DNA of 61,102 nt from Gammaproteobacteria bacterium (GCA_013151745.1 JAADHS010000160.1:1-61102), one strand, 5' to 3'; positions 20,607 through 31,571 are shown, counted from the stretch's first letter. Numbers and translations: made by a program. Notes: generated by a model from the sequence alone, not told the origin.

Positions 20607-20667
20607 CAGGGTTATCCTTGTGTTTTTGAGCCTGTTGCAAAGCGAATTTTCTCATTACAGCTGGTAA

Positions 20668-20684
20668 TAGCATTATTTACGCCA
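20668..20684 (-). promoter_or_regulatory. Sigma54 (-24/-12) promoter for pdo-tauE-sqr
   Basis: Minus strand TGGCGTAAATAATGCTA = GG-N10-GC, about 60 bp upstream of the pdo start. Confidence 0.7.
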
Positions 20685-20782
20685 AACAAACTGAATGGGT
20701 TGAAAATAACACTACTCTTTGATTTATAAATATAATTTATTATTGAGGTTAAATGGTTGTTATACGCACACTAGTCTGTGCA

Positions 20783-20827
20783 TGCCATTTTTGACGGTCT
20801 CTTTATAGGGGACTGACAAAAATGACA
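20783..20827. promoter_or_regulatory. Candidate upstream activator sequences for the sigma54 promoter
   Basis: TGCCA-TTTT-TGACG (20783) and TGACA-AAAA-TGACA (20814), 31 bp apart, separated from the promoter by an AT-rich tract. Confidence 0.55.
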
Positions 20828-21093
20828 TGTTGTAACAGGTTTAATTTTATTGTAAACGCTTACGGTGTCCCCCGGGCACTCAATTTCAATATAAAACCAT
20901 CTATTTAATCAGGTCAAAATGGCGGTGGTTTGATCTCAAAACCCGACTAGGCCAGGGTATGGAGGAGGTAGTGCAATGCAGGAAACAAGGCTAGGAGGCG
21001 AAGCAAAGGAAGTGATTGCGCGTCCATCCCTAAGAATGATATAAAAGAACGCTTTTAGGCGGCGTACTCATCACATTTTTTCAGGGAAGGGTC

Positions 21094-22599
21094 ATGATGG
21101 ATTTTATCGTAAAAAGTGGATTACCAGAAAAGCAAAGATCGGCCTGTATCGTTGTTGGTATTTTCCAGTCCCGCAAACTGACGGCTGTTGCCGAGCGTAT
21201 CGATGCAGCCTCAGACGGTCATCTTAGCAATATTTTGCGTCGTGGTGATATGGAAGGAGCCATTAGCCAATCCCTACTTCTTTATAACGTTCCTGGAACC
21301 TTGGCGGATCGAATTTTACTAATTGGCTGTGGTAAAGAACGAGAACTCGACGACAACGCATACCGTAAAATAATCCAGCAAACGGTGACGAGGCTGAAAA
21401 ATACAAGCGTAACAGAAGCGGTTTGTTACCTCTCCGAGCTTAATATTAAAGGTCGGGATATGCACTGGAAAGTACGCCAAGCGGTTGAAGTTACTGCGGA
21501 TATGACCTATCAATTCGATCAACTCAAAAGTACTAAAACAAAAAACAAGCGATCCTTACGTAAATTCATACTCACCGTACCCTCGCGACGGGATTTGACC
21601 AAAGCAGAAAAAGCAACTCTGGAGGGGAGTGCCATTGCTACGGGTGTTGATTTAGCCAAAACCCTGGGTAATTTACCCGGTAATATCTGTACCCCCAGCT
21701 ACTTGGCTGACCAGGCAAAAAGCATGGCCAAAAAAAACCGGGCAATGAAGGTCGAAATTTTAGAAGAAGCCGACATGAAAAAACTGGGCATGGGGGCCTT
21801 GCTCAGCGTCAGTCAGGGTAGCCGACAAGCGGCTAAACTCATTACTTTGGACTATCGGGGCGGCGCTAAAACGGCCAAACCTATTGTTTTAGTAGGAAAA
21901 GGTATTACTTTTGATTCCGGTGGGATTTCGCTCAAACCGGGTGGCAAGATGGATGAAATGAAATATGACATGTGTGGTGCCGCCGCCGTTATGGGTGCAA
22001 TGGCAGCGGTTTCCATGCTTAATTTACCGGTTAATGTGGTCGCGATTGTTCCGGCTTCCGAAAATTTACCCGATGGCTTGGCTTCCAAGCCTGGCGATAT
22101 TGTGACCAGCATGTCTGGACAGACCATCGAAATATTAAATACTGACGCAGAAGGTCGGCTCGTTTTATGCGATGCACTAAGTTATGCTGAAAAATTTGAT
22201 CCTGCTGTAGTGATTGATGTTGCCACCTTAACTGGTGCCGTGATTGTCGCTCTGGGACGGCATGCAAATGGTTTGCTGAGTAACCATCCGCCCCTGGTCA
22301 ATGATTTAAACAATGCCAGTAAAATCACGGGAGATCGCGTTTGGGAACTGCCTTTATGGGATGAATATCAAGATCAACTAAAAAGTAACTTTGCGGATAT
22401 GGCCAATATCGGTGGACGCGAAGGCGGTACTATTACGGCAGCTTGTTTTTTGTCACGATTCACTAAAAAATATCATTGGGCTCACCTCGACATCGCCGGT
22501 ACGGCCTGGAAATCGGGCGAAGCAAAAGGGGCGACGGGGCGACCGGTTCCACTTTTGGTGCAATATATCCTGGGCCGATCCGGGAAAAAGAAAAGTTAA
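21094..22599 (+). CDS. pepA: Leucyl aminopeptidase
   Basis: VGKGITFDSGG, MKYDMCG, NTDAEGRL. Confidence 0.97.
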   Translation: MMDFIVKSGLPEKQRSACIVVGIFQSRKLTAVAERIDAASDGHLSNILRRGDMEGAISQSLLLYNVPGTLADRILLIGCGKERELDDNAYRKIIQQTVTRLKNTSVTEAVCYLSELNIKGRDMHWKVRQAVEVTADMTYQFDQLKSTKTKNKRSLRKFILTVPSRRDLTKAEKATLEGSAIATGVDLAKTLGNLPGNICTPSYLADQAKSMAKKNRAMKVEILEEADMKKLGMGALLSVSQGSRQAAKLITLDYRGGAKTAKPIVLVGKGITFDSGGISLKPGGKMDEMKYDMCGAAAVMGAMAAVSMLNLPVNVVAIVPASENLPDGLASKPGDIVTSMSGQTIEILNTDAEGRLVLCDALSYAEKFDPAVVIDVATLTGAVIVALGRHANGLLSNHPPLVNDLNNASKITGDRVWELPLWDEYQDQLKSNFADMANIGGREGGTITAACFLSRFTKKYHWAHLDIAGTAWKSGEAKGATGRPVPLLVQYILGRSGKKKS

Positions 22600-22609
22600 T
22601 AACGCGATT

Positions 22610-23041
22610 ATGCAAGTCGATTTTTACTTATTAAATGTTTCTGAAACACGAGAAGGTGAGCACTTTGTTTGTCGTTTGACAGAAAAAGTTTTTCGCCAAA
22701 AACACTTTATTTATATCCATACCGATAATCAAAGTGCAACGTCGCGATTAGATGATCTGCTCTGGACATTCAGCCCAGGTAGTTTTTTGCCCCACGTCCT
22801 CGCTCACCACATGACAAAAGACGACAAGGTAAAAATAACCCTGGGATATGCAGATATTCCGGCCACCGCCCATGACGTGTTAATTAACATGGCAACGCAT
22901 GTCCCTCTGGCACACACTCAGTTTTCTCGTATTGCCGAAATTGTTTACAACACCGAGCCACATAAACAGCTCAGTAGAAAGCGCTACCGCTACTATCGAG
23001 AACAAAAATATGCAGTATCCTCACATGAAATGACAATTTGA
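22610..23041 (+). CDS. holC: DNA polymerase III subunit chi
   Basis: MQVDFYLL, CRLTEK, LDDLLWTFSPGSFLPH, RKRYRYY; start moved to ATG 22610. Confidence 0.93.
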   Translation: MQVDFYLLNVSETREGEHFVCRLTEKVFRQKHFIYIHTDNQSATSRLDDLLWTFSPGSFLPHVLAHHMTKDDKVKITLGYADIPATAHDVLINMATHVPLAHTQFSRIAEIVYNTEPHKQLSRKRYRYYREQKYAVSSHEMTI

Positions 23042-23161
23042 CAAACAAAATTTATGAGCAAAAAGAATTCCGTAAACATCGAAAGAAAAAGTCAAGACCG
23101 TGTACAATTAACGCTTTAAACACTCTCTGTCAAACTGAGCAAGCCAAAATTAATAAACAAT

Positions 23162-26014
23162 ATGGAAAAAACCTATAACCCATCTGAAATTGAATCAACT
23201 TGGTATCAAATCTGGGAAAAAAATCACTACTTCAAACCCAGAGGAGGAAAGGCCACCCCCTATTGCATTATGATCCCCCCGCCCAATGTGACAGGTCGCC
23301 TGCACATGGGTCACGCCTTCCAAGATACCATCATGGATACGTTGATTCGCTTTCATCGCATGAAAGGTGACAACACGCTATGGCAAGCCGGCAGCGACCA
23401 TGCGGGCATTGCCACACAAATGGTCGTTGAACGACAATTAGCCACCGAAAATTTGACACGACACGATTTGGGCCGTGAACAATTTGTTGAACGCACCTGG
23501 CAATGGAAAAAAGAATCGGGCGGTACCATTAGCCAGCAATTGCGTCGTATGGGCAGCTCTCTGGATTGGTCACGAGAACGATTCACTCTGGATGATGGCT
23601 TATCAAAATCAGTACAGGACGTTTTCATCCAGTTATATAACGAAGGGCTGATCTATCGAGGCAAACGGCTGGTGAACTGGGATCCTGTTTTACATACGGC
23701 CGTGTCAGACCTGGAAGTAATTTCAAAGGAAGAAAACGGTTCAATGTGGCATATGCGCTACCCATTAGCGAATGATGACGGTCATGTTATTGTTGCCACC
23801 ACCCGTCCTGAAACGCTGCTTGGTGATGCCGCTGTAGCGGTACATCCTGATGATGAACGATATCGCCACCTGGTTGGAAAAATGCTGAAACTACCGCTTA
23901 CTGGTCGTAACATTCCCATCATTGCTGACGAGTATGTTGACCCGAAATTTGGCACGGGTTGTGTAAAAATAACGCCAGCTCACGACAACAACGATTATCA
24001 GGTATGGCAACGGCACAATACTTCACCTGCACTTCAAGCCTTGCCATTCCATGGTTTAATCAACATTTTTACTATTGACGCCAGCATCAAGCAATCGCCT
24101 CAAGATGATGGGCAACAACATAATGAACTGAACTCCCCTCTGTTTACGGTCGACCTTATTCCCAAACCCTATCGAGGTCTGGATCGTTTTGTCGCACGCA
24201 AAAAAATAGTGGCCGATTTAGAGCAGACAGGCTTACTTGAAAAAATTGAAGATCATCGCCTGATGGTGCCGCGGGGTGATCGCTCACATGCGGTAATTGA
24301 ACCGCTACTAACAGATCAATGGTATGTCAAAACAGGCCCGTTGGCCGAACCTGCAATTCAAGCTGTGGAATCAGGAAAAATTAAATTTGTTCCTGAAAAT
24401 TGGTCTAATACTTACTATGAGTGGATGCGCAATATTGAAGACTGGTGTATTAGCCGTCAAATCTGGTGGGGGCATCGTATTCCCGCTTGGTATGACGATA
24501 CCGGAAAAATTTATGTCGGTCGCAATGAGGCTGAAATTCGTACACAACATAATCTCGACCCCCAGCTTGAACTGACTCAGGATCCTGATGTGCTTGATAC
24601 CTGGTTTTCCTCTGCGCTGTGGCCATTTTCTACATTAGGCTGGCCTGACAAAACAGAGGAATTAACAACTTTCTACCCAACGAGTGTTTTAGTTACCGGC
24701 TTTGATATCATTTTTTTCTGGGTGGCGAGAATGATTATGATGGGGCTTAAATTTACGGGAGAGATCCCGTTTAAAGAAATTTATATCCATGGTCTGGTGC
24801 GCGATGCCCAGGGACAAAAAATGTCCAAATCAAAGGGTAATGTTCTTGATCCCATCGACCTGATAGATGGGATCGACCTCGAAACGTTAATCAAAAAACG
24901 CGCTTCCGGTTTGATGCAACCCAAAATGGCAGAGCGCATCGAAAAAGAAACACGTCAGCAGTTCCCAGACGGCATACCGGCATTTGGTACCGATGCATTG
25001 CGCTTTACCTTTGCTGCTCTGGCCTCGACCGGGCGAGATATTCGCTTTGATATGGGCCGCATAGAAGGCTATCGAAACTTTTGTAACAAGCTGTGGAATG
25101 CGGCTCGTTATGTGTTAATGAACTGCGAAAACAAAAGCATTGACTTGACTCATCTTGAATACAGCCTGGCGGATCGCTGGATTATGTCCCGGCTACAAAC
25201 CACCATTCATAATGTGAATCGTCATCTGGATAGTTATCGCTTTGATCTCGCCGCCAATGAACTCTATGAATTCACCTGGAACGAATATTGTGACTGGTAT
25301 CTTGAATTAGTGAAACCGGCTCTGACTTCAACAAGCAGCTCAATAGCTATTCAAAATGGAGCCAGGTGGACTTTGGTCAGCGTACTTGAAACCGTTTTAC
25401 GTTTGGCTCACCCGATTATTCCGTTTATCACGGAAGAAATCTGGCAGCGCGTAGCACCGCTTATAAAAATAGAAGGCAAGACCATCATGATGCAAAGCTA
25501 CCCTGTTGCAGATAACAACAAAGTTGATCAAGATGCCGTTGCTGATCTGGAATGGGTACAAACTTTTATCCTGGGCGTCAGAAAAATTCGGGGTGAAATG
25601 AATATCCCTCCGAACAAACCGCTTCCCGTACTTTTAAGCCATGGGAGCGTCAACGACGAAACACGTCTTAACGCAAATACCCACCTTATTACAGCTCTAG
25701 CCAAACTGGAATCCATTACCTGGCTCAAAAATGACGACGAAGCACCGGAAGCGGCGACTTCGTTGGTCGGTAAAATGAAACTACTTATCCCACTGGCGGG
25801 CTTCATTGATAAAAATTCTGAAATCACCCGGCTTGAAAAAGAAATCTCAAAAAGAAAGACCGATCTAGAAAAAATTGAGGACAAACTCTCTAATGAACGT
25901 TTCGTCGCCAAGGCACCCGCCGCTGTAGTTGAAAAAGAAAAAACGCGCAGTACCACGCTGCGTCAGGAAATTCAGAATCTTAATGAACAATTTCAGCGTA
26001 TAAGTGATTTGTAA
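23162..26014 (+). CDS. valS: Valine--tRNA ligase
   Basis: [30 protein letters not shown]. Confidence 0.98.
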   Translation: MEKTYNPSEIESTWYQIWEKNHYFKPRGGKATPYCIMIPPPNVTGRLHMGHAFQDTIMDTLIRFHRMKGDNTLWQAGSDHAGIATQMVVERQLATENLTRHDLGREQFVERTWQWKKESGGTISQQLRRMGSSLDWSRERFTLDDGLSKSVQDVFIQLYNEGLIYRGKRLVNWDPVLHTAVSDLEVISKEENGSMWHMRYPLANDDGHVIVATTRPETLLGDAAVAVHPDDERYRHLVGKMLKLPLTGRNIPIIADEYVDPKFGTGCVKITPAHDNNDYQVWQRHNTSPALQALPFHGLINIFTIDASIKQSPQDDGQQHNELNSPLFTVDLIPKPYRGLDRFVARKKIVADLEQTGLLEKIEDHRLMVPRGDRSHAVIEPLLTDQWYVKTGPLAEPAIQAVESGKIKFVPENWSNTYYEWMRNIEDWCISRQIWWGHRIPAWYDDTGKIYVGRNEAEIRTQHNLDPQLELTQDPDVLDTWFSSALWPFSTLGWPDKTEELTTFYPTSVLVTGFDIIFFWVARMIMMGLKFTGEIPFKEIYIHGLVRDAQGQKMSKSKGNVLDPIDLIDGIDLETLIKKRASGLMQPKMAERIEKETRQQFPDGIPAFGTDALRFTFAALASTGRDIRFDMGRIEGYRNFCNKLWNAARYVLMNCENKSIDLTHLEYSLADRWIMSRLQTTIHNVNRHLDSYRFDLAANELYEFTWNEYCDWYLELVKPALTSTSSSIAIQNGARWTLVSVLETVLRLAHPIIPFITEEIWQRVAPLIKIEGKTIMMQSYPVADNNKVDQDAVADLEWVQTFILGVRKIRGEMNIPPNKPLPVLLSHGSVNDETRLNANTHLITALAKLESITWLKNDDEAPEAATSLVGKMKLLIPLAGFIDKNSEITRLEKEISKRKTDLEKIEDKLSNERFVAKAPAAVVEKEKTRSTTLRQEIQNLNEQFQRISDL

Positions 26015-26081
26015 ACCACACATAAAAACCACTCAACAACTGATATTTTACTTTATACCAATAAAATATAAAATGGTGACG

Positions 26082-26143
26082 CTCTCCAGCCGCACTTGGT
26101 ATTTTTCAAGAGAGTTGTCGAGTGTCCTGTCGCTGTTGTCGAG
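26082..26143 (+). other. Possible att-site remnant: 3' end of a tRNA-Leu-like sequence plus short repeats
   Basis: CTCTCCAGCCGCAC (26082-95); GTTGTCGAG at 26114 and 26135. Confidence 0.35.
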
Positions 26144-26233
26144 CTGAAAGAGGTAATTAAATAATCAGTGTATAAGTCGAAAATCAAAATAATTCGATAG
26201 CGCTTCTACTTTGTAGCATGAGCTTCTGTATAT

Positions 26234-27094
26234 TCATGCTTTAAAATTTTTAACGCAATAGTCAATAAATACTCTCGTGATTCGCGATACATGTTTGCGG
26301 CTCGGATAAACAAGACTCACTTGCTGTACAGGCATGGGGTAATCGGGAAGCACCTCTATTAATTCTCCATTTTCGATCGGCTCTTGGCAATAAAACGGCG
26401 GCAATTCTGTAATGCATTTATGATTGAGAGCTAGGTAACGCATGTATGCATAATCATTCGCCCGAATAAAAGGTTTGATAATTACCTTTTCGTTACCTAA
26501 GGACCATACTATGTCCTGGTCTTTCTTAGCCCATGCAGCGCATTTGTGAGCGGCAACATCCAGTGGAATCTTGAACAAATTTTCGGCTAAAAATTCTGGC
26601 GATGCCACGACACGATGACTATAATTCAAAAGCAATCTTGCTATCGCTGATGGGTTAACTAAATCCCCAATTCTTAACGCCACATCGATTCCATCTTCGA
26701 TAAAGTCTAATCGCCTTTCTGTCACAAAAAGATCAATTTCGATGTTGGTGTACAGTTCCTGGAAGCTATCTAACATTTTCCACATTGGTTCGAAACTAGG
26801 TGGTAAGGAAAAGCGCAGGCGGCCTTTTAGGTTTTGCTGTTGCTCGGACAGTGCCAACAGTCCTGCGTCCATTTCTTCTAACCCTCGCGAGGCAAATTCA
26901 TACAATATTGCCCCTGCTTCAGTTAAACGCAGTTTCCGTGTTGAGCGCTCAAGCAAACGTACACCCAATGCTGATTCGAGAGCAGCAACTCGCCGACTGA
27001 CCGTCGCCACCGGTGCTGCCATAAAAGACGCGGCAGCCGAAAAGCTGCCTTTCGTCACTACATTGACGAACATGCGCGTCGAATTCAAATCCAT
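26234..27094 (-). CDS. LysR-family transcriptional regulator
   Basis: GSFSAAA..ATVSRRVAALESALGVRLLERSTRKLRLTEAG; start moved to ATG 27094. Confidence 0.95.
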   Translation of the reverse strand: MDLNSTRMFVNVVTKGSFSAAASFMAAPVATVSRRVAALESALGVRLLERSTRKLRLTEAGAILYEFASRGLEEMDAGLLALSEQQQNLKGRLRFSLPPSFEPMWKMLDSFQELYTNIEIDLFVTERRLDFIEDGIDVALRIGDLVNPSAIARLLLNYSHRVVASPEFLAENLFKIPLDVAAHKCAAWAKKDQDIVWSLGNEKVIIKPFIRANDYAYMRYLALNHKCITELPPFYCQEPIENGELIEVLPDYPMPVQQVSLVYPSRKHVSRITRVFIDYCVKNFKA

Positions 27095-27238
27095 AACCCC
27101 TCCTGCCAAGCCAGGTTTTTACCATGTCAGCACTTATTGTTCCATTTATGAGAAAGTTATTCAATAAAAAGCACTCTAATTATTATTGGAGTCTTCAATT
27201 AAGATAAGAATTTACTTAACCAATAAGGAAAACACGGT

Positions 27239-27688
27239 ATGAAATCACTATTGACGCTTTTAACCTTTTGCCTATTGTTAGCAGGATTAGCCCACGCTGG
27301 CGGTGACAAGCAGAAAATTAATAATCTTATTTCCCATTATGAAACTGCGCTTAATGGCAGCGACATAGACGGGGTTCTCGGCTTGTACGGGAAAAAGCCA
27401 GTCTTTATGCCACAACATGCTCCAGCGTACGTTGGCAGGGGTGCCGTTAAGCAAGCTTATACGAATGTATTTAACGCTATCAAGCTCGACATAAAATTCA
27501 CTACCCACGAGATTGAAGTGTTAGGCGACACCGCCTGGGCTCGAACCAGTTCTGCGGGAAAGACAACAATTCTAGCGGCTGATGTAGTTGTTAAAGAGGG
27601 TAATAACGAGCTTTTCATTTTTAAAAATGAAGATGGCAACTGGAAGATTCACCAGTACCTATTTTCTACTAATCAACCACGCCAATAA
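27239..27688 (+). CDS. Exported SnoaL/NTF2-like (DUF4440-type) protein
   Basis: Signal peptide; YETALNGSD, AWARTSSAG, ELFIF...WKIHQYLFS. Confidence 0.8.
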   Translation: MKSLLTLLTFCLLLAGLAHAGGDKQKINNLISHYETALNGSDIDGVLGLYGKKPVFMPQHAPAYVGRGAVKQAYTNVFNAIKLDIKFTTHEIEVLGDTAWARTSSAGKTTILAADVVVKEGNNELFIFKNEDGNWKIHQYLFSTNQPRQ

Positions 27689-27713
27689 CTGTGTTGGCAA
27701 TAGGAGAATCACC

Positions 27714-28697
27714 ATGAAAGCAATCATCGCAAAACAAACAGGTGGGCCGGAAGTGCTTAAGCTTGTTGATATTGATCAGCCCGTAACACAAGAAGGTGAG
27801 GTGAAAATTCGAGTAAAAGCATTCGGTCTTAACAAGGCAGAAAGCTACTACCGTAGTGGCAATTACGGTACTTTCACACCTGGCCAAGCGCTTGGTATTG
27901 AAGCCGTCGGCGAGATCATTGACGATCCAAGCGGTGAATTTCGCGTAGGCCAAAAAGTCGCAACTGCTATGGGCGGAATGATGTTCAGCCGCCACGGTGG
28001 TTACGCTGAATATATTACAGTTAACGCAAAAAATGTCATTGCAATTGATTCCGAAATAAGTAATGAACAACTCGCTGCATTACCAGAAGCGTATCTAACA
28101 GTATGGGGCGCGCTTGATAAAAATCTCAAAATCGCCTACGGCGAGAGCCTACTAGTGCGTGGTGCCACATCAAGTATCGGAATGGCCGCCGTGGTATACG
28201 CCAAAGCGAGAGGACTGACTGTTATTGCGACTACGCGTAACCCTGCCAGTGTCGATAAACTTAAATCTATAGGTGCAGATCATGTGGTAATCGACGATGG
28301 CGATATTCACGAAAAAGTAAGAGCAATTATACCTGCAGGTGTTGATAATGCATTGGAAGTGGTCGGTGCAGCAACATTAAAAGATACGTTCAAGACCATC
28401 CGCCAGTGGGGTCAAGTTGTGGTCGTTGGTTTGTTGGGCGGTCCATTAGTGCTAGAGTCATTTAATCTTATGGGCGACTTACCCAACACTGTTAAGCTTA
28501 GCTTTTTTGGCAGTGGTCTATTTGGCTCTGAAGCACTTCCACTAAATGAAAGTCCCCTAAATTGGGTCGCTGAGCAGATTGCAAGTGGCGTCATGCCGAA
28601 TACCATTGCAAAGATCTTTGATGCTGACGACATCCAAGAAGCACACCGCCTTTTAGACAGCGGAACTGCGAATGGAAAAATTGTTGTAACGTTTTAA
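27714..28697 (+). CDS. MDR-superfamily (quinone-oxidoreductase-like) dehydrogenase
   Basis: GGPEVLKL, GIEAVG, GGYAEY, RGATSSIG, GKIVV; AGGAG RBS before ATG 27714. Confidence 0.9.
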   Translation: MKAIIAKQTGGPEVLKLVDIDQPVTQEGEVKIRVKAFGLNKAESYYRSGNYGTFTPGQALGIEAVGEIIDDPSGEFRVGQKVATAMGGMMFSRHGGYAEYITVNAKNVIAIDSEISNEQLAALPEAYLTVWGALDKNLKIAYGESLLVRGATSSIGMAAVVYAKARGLTVIATTRNPASVDKLKSIGADHVVIDDGDIHEKVRAIIPAGVDNALEVVGAATLKDTFKTIRQWGQVVVVGLLGGPLVLESFNLMGDLPNTVKLSFFGSGLFGSEALPLNESPLNWVAEQIASGVMPNTIAKIFDADDIQEAHRLLDSGTANGKIVVTF

Positions 28698-28715
28698 TTT
28701 TACACATTTAATAAG

Positions 28716-28748
28716 CAGAGTACGAATTGTACTCTGTTAATTTTTTTT
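28716..28748 (+). terminator. Probable intrinsic terminator
   Basis: CAGAGTAC...GTACTCTG stem followed by a T-rich tract. Confidence 0.5.
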
Positions 28749-28803
28749 AAAACACCTGTTCGTCTTCATTTTTATAGGCCTAACAGTTTAAATCATCGGG
28801 CTT

Positions 28804-28870
28804 GTCCAACAAACGATTAAGATCGTGGTTCCCTCCTCGTCATCACACGATCTAACCTTATTCGTTGGCT
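28804..28870 (+). mobile_element. Solitary integron attC-like site
   Basis: GTCCAAC-N5-ATTAAGAT...ATCTAAC-N7-GTTGGCT with internal ATCGTG/CACGAT stem and one extrahelical base. Confidence 0.45.
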
Positions 28871-28883
28871 CTTGTGAAATTTA

Positions 28884-29160
28884 TTGGGGGTAATTGTGAA
28901 CGGATTGTATAAAATTATAAAAACTGTGTCTGAAATGGCATTTGCAATTCACGTAGCCGCAGAATTTGGTGCAGATTTTATTACAATTCCATTAGTGGAT
29001 AGAGAAAGTGATCACTCAGAACTTGAAGCAATCATTAAGAACTCTCCTTCGGTACTTTATACTGGGTTCTCCTGAGCAAGTATATGAAGATGCAGCTAAA
29101 ACATCAGCAGTAGGGTTTTCTGGATATAGTATTGAGCGGAATATATTTCAAATATTCTGA
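28884..29160 (+). pseudogene. Frameshifted C-terminal fragment of a DhnA-type class I aldolase
   Basis: HVAAEFGADF in one frame (stop 29075); GFSGYSIERNIFQ in the next frame (stop 29160). Confidence 0.55.
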
Positions 29161-29214
29161 TTCCAAAGGTATGGTAAATCAACTAAATTCAATTTTTAAG
29201 TAGAGGGCAGTAGA

Positions 29215-29622
29215 ATGTATTCATTTCATCATGTTGCGATTAGCGTATCTAATATCGAGTTATCGGGTGATTTTTATAAAGCTTTGGGGTACGAAGAAGC
29301 TTTACATTTTGATGCACAAAATGATTCTTTTAAAATAAAACACCTCAAACTCGGCGAGGCATTTTTAGAGTTATTTTGGTTCAAAAATAGCAGCCATGCA
29401 CCTAAAGAAAGCAAGGAATTAGGGACTGATTTACCAATAAATGGAGTCAAACACTTTGCGCTACAAGTAGGGAAAATTGAGGATGCTAAAGAAGATTTGA
29501 TAAAACGAAAAATTGCATCTGAAATTAAAATAAGGGAAGGAGAAATTGGAGTTAAATACTTTTTCATATGTGATCCAGATGGGATGCTAGTAGAAATACT
29601 AGAAGATAAACGAGGGCTATAG
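29215..29622 (+). CDS. VOC/glyoxalase-family protein
   Basis: FHHVAISVS, LELF, KHFALQV, FFICDPDGMLVEI; AT-rich. Confidence 0.9.
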   Translation: MYSFHHVAISVSNIELSGDFYKALGYEEALHFDAQNDSFKIKHLKLGEAFLELFWFKNSSHAPKESKELGTDLPINGVKHFALQVGKIEDAKEDLIKRKIASEIKIREGEIGVKYFFICDPDGMLVEILEDKRGL

Positions 29623-29791
29623 GTTAAGAAAAGAGAGGCAATGAAGAATATTAATGAAAAACGAAATTTTGCCATTTCTGTGTACCTATACCCGTAGCGA
29701 TTAAGTTTTCGGGCTGGCACTAATTATGATTGTTTACCGGACACCGTTAAGGTGACCACAATTTTTTCGCTATGTTATCTGAATCAATATT

Positions 29792-29828
29792 TTGCACTCT
29801 GTACTCGCGTCCAACTGAGTTTTCTAGG
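29792..29828 (-). repeat. Dispersed intergenic repeat, copy 2
   Basis: Reverse complement CCTAGAAAACTCAGTTGGACGCGAGTACAGAGTGCAA. Confidence 0.8.
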
Positions 29829-29863
29829 ATCATGCTATTATCGAAGCACAATTGTTGCCAAAG

Positions 29864-31354
29864 CTATTTCCGGAAATGGTAGTAACTGCCCAACGCGAGT
29901 ATGAACAACATCCACGTCACGATCGGCACATTGCCAAAACGTGCATAAGGTGTCAGGCCCGTCATCGGTTGCACGGTTTCTTTTAGAACGGCGATTTCCA
30001 AATCTGCCGAAACAGACTGAAAATTTCCCAGATGATTAACCACGGCAGTTATTCCGGTATTGGTTGCACGCAACATGGGTCGACCTAGTTCTAACGCTCT
30101 CATTTGCGCCATTTGCAAATGCTGGTAGGGGGCATCCGTCCCTTCAAACCAGGCGTCATTACTGACATTAACCAAGACGGTTGCTTGCGGTAATAATGCT
30201 ATCATTTCTTCGCCAAACGCATCTTCAAAACAAATAGAAATACCGACGTCTACCCCCGCCACATGCAACAAGGTTTGTCTTTTTTCTCCGGCACTAAAAT
30301 TGGACATCGGCACATTCATAAAATCAACCAAGGCACCCAAAACCGATTCCATGGGTAAATATTCGGTAAATGGCACTAAATGTTGCTTGTGATAAAAAGC
30401 ATTTTCTTTATTGTTTAATGCAATAACACTATTGTAATAACGATCTGTTTCCAAGTCCGTATAAAGCACGCCAAGCAAGATATCCGTTTTATTTTTTTGC
30501 GCTTCTATCTTGAGATCTTCGATAAAACCCAGTGAACGGTGATAAAAATCGGGTAAAGCCGTTTCCGGCCAGATAATTAAATCACTGTCCCAGTTGTCAC
30601 GACTTAAGTCTCGATATAAATCCATTGAAGGCTGGCGTAGCTCAGGCAACCACTTCTGATCTTGTGGAACATTGCCTTGAATCAAACTCACTTTTATGGG
30701 CTGACCCTGGGCTACAGTCCATTGTACTTGGGACAAAGCAAGACCAACCGCGATACTCGCAAACAAGATACAAGCGGCAACCCATGAAGACTCGCGTCGC
30801 ACAATGGCTACCGATAAAGCTGCAGCCGATAAAGCCAAAATCCAACTTAAGCCATAAACACCCAATATCGGAGCAAAGCCACTCAACGGACCTTCAATTT
30901 GGCTATACCCCACATTAAGCCACGGGAAGCCCGTAAAAATCATGCCTCGCAGCCATTCAATCAGCACCCAAACCGAAGCCAGTAACAACATACAGAAAAT
31001 TGGTTTACTTGTTTTAGACAGCAAACGAGCGGCTAACAAACCCGCAAGGGCAGGAAACAAAGCTAAAAATGCGACAAATACGGAAACAATAAAGAGGGAC
31101 AAACCCGTTGAAACCCCTCCATAGCCGTGGATACTGGTATAAATCCAGGTCACACCCAAACCAAACAAGCCCAGACCAAAAAACCAACCTCGCAAAAAAG
31201 CCTGCCTTGGCGTTGCCTCAATCCAGGAAAAAAATAATATCGCCAAAGATAACAAGGCGATAACATAGTAGTTATGCGGCGCAAACGCCATCGGCATCAT
31301 TGCACCCGCAATTAAAACGCCAACAATATGCCATTTTTCGTTTAAGCTATTCAT
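29864..31354 (-). CDS. lnt: Apolipoprotein N-acyltransferase
   Basis: FTGFPW, QGNV, IWPETA, KQHLVPFTEY, ICFED, VSNDAWF, RATNTG. Confidence 0.96.
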   Translation of the reverse strand: MNSLNEKWHIVGVLIAGAMMPMAFAPHNYYVIALLSLAILFFSWIEATPRQAFLRGWFFGLGLFGLGVTWIYTSIHGYGGVSTGLSLFIVSVFVAFLALFPALAGLLAARLLSKTSKPIFCMLLLASVWVLIEWLRGMIFTGFPWLNVGYSQIEGPLSGFAPILGVYGLSWILALSAAALSVAIVRRESSWVAACILFASIAVGLALSQVQWTVAQGQPIKVSLIQGNVPQDQKWLPELRQPSMDLYRDLSRDNWDSDLIIWPETALPDFYHRSLGFIEDLKIEAQKNKTDILLGVLYTDLETDRYYNSVIALNNKENAFYHKQHLVPFTEYLPMESVLGALVDFMNVPMSNFSAGEKRQTLLHVAGVDVGISICFEDAFGEEMIALLPQATVLVNVSNDAWFEGTDAPYQHLQMAQMRALELGRPMLRATNTGITAVVNHLGNFQSVSADLEIAVLKETVQPMTGLTPYARFGNVPIVTWMLFILALGSYYHFRK

Positions 31355-31571
31355 AATAGTAAGAGTGAGAGCGTTTCGCTGTTATCGTTGCACTAAGGGA
31401 CTGTAAATAATTTCTGTCAAGGAATATACCATTTTGCTTGCCCTGAGACATAAAAAGCTCGCTCTCAAAAAACGGGGGCTACCTCACTCAGCAACCGACC
31501 TGAACATCCGGTTTAAAAAACGTCTCCAAATACGGTAACATCATCCTGAATACCGTAAGGAGTGATTTGGA

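Noticed and set aside
23128-23150. CAAACTGAGCAAGC resembles the start of a NiCo riboswitch
   Set aside because: Only about 14 nt, no room for the four-way junction before the valS start, and wrong gene context
29073-29075. In-frame TGA as a selenocysteine codon
   Set aside because: Homology continues in a different frame and no SECIS-like hairpin is evident
31397-31420. GGGACTGTAAATAATT, an IS256-like terminal sequence
   Set aside because: Single short end with no partner or transposase
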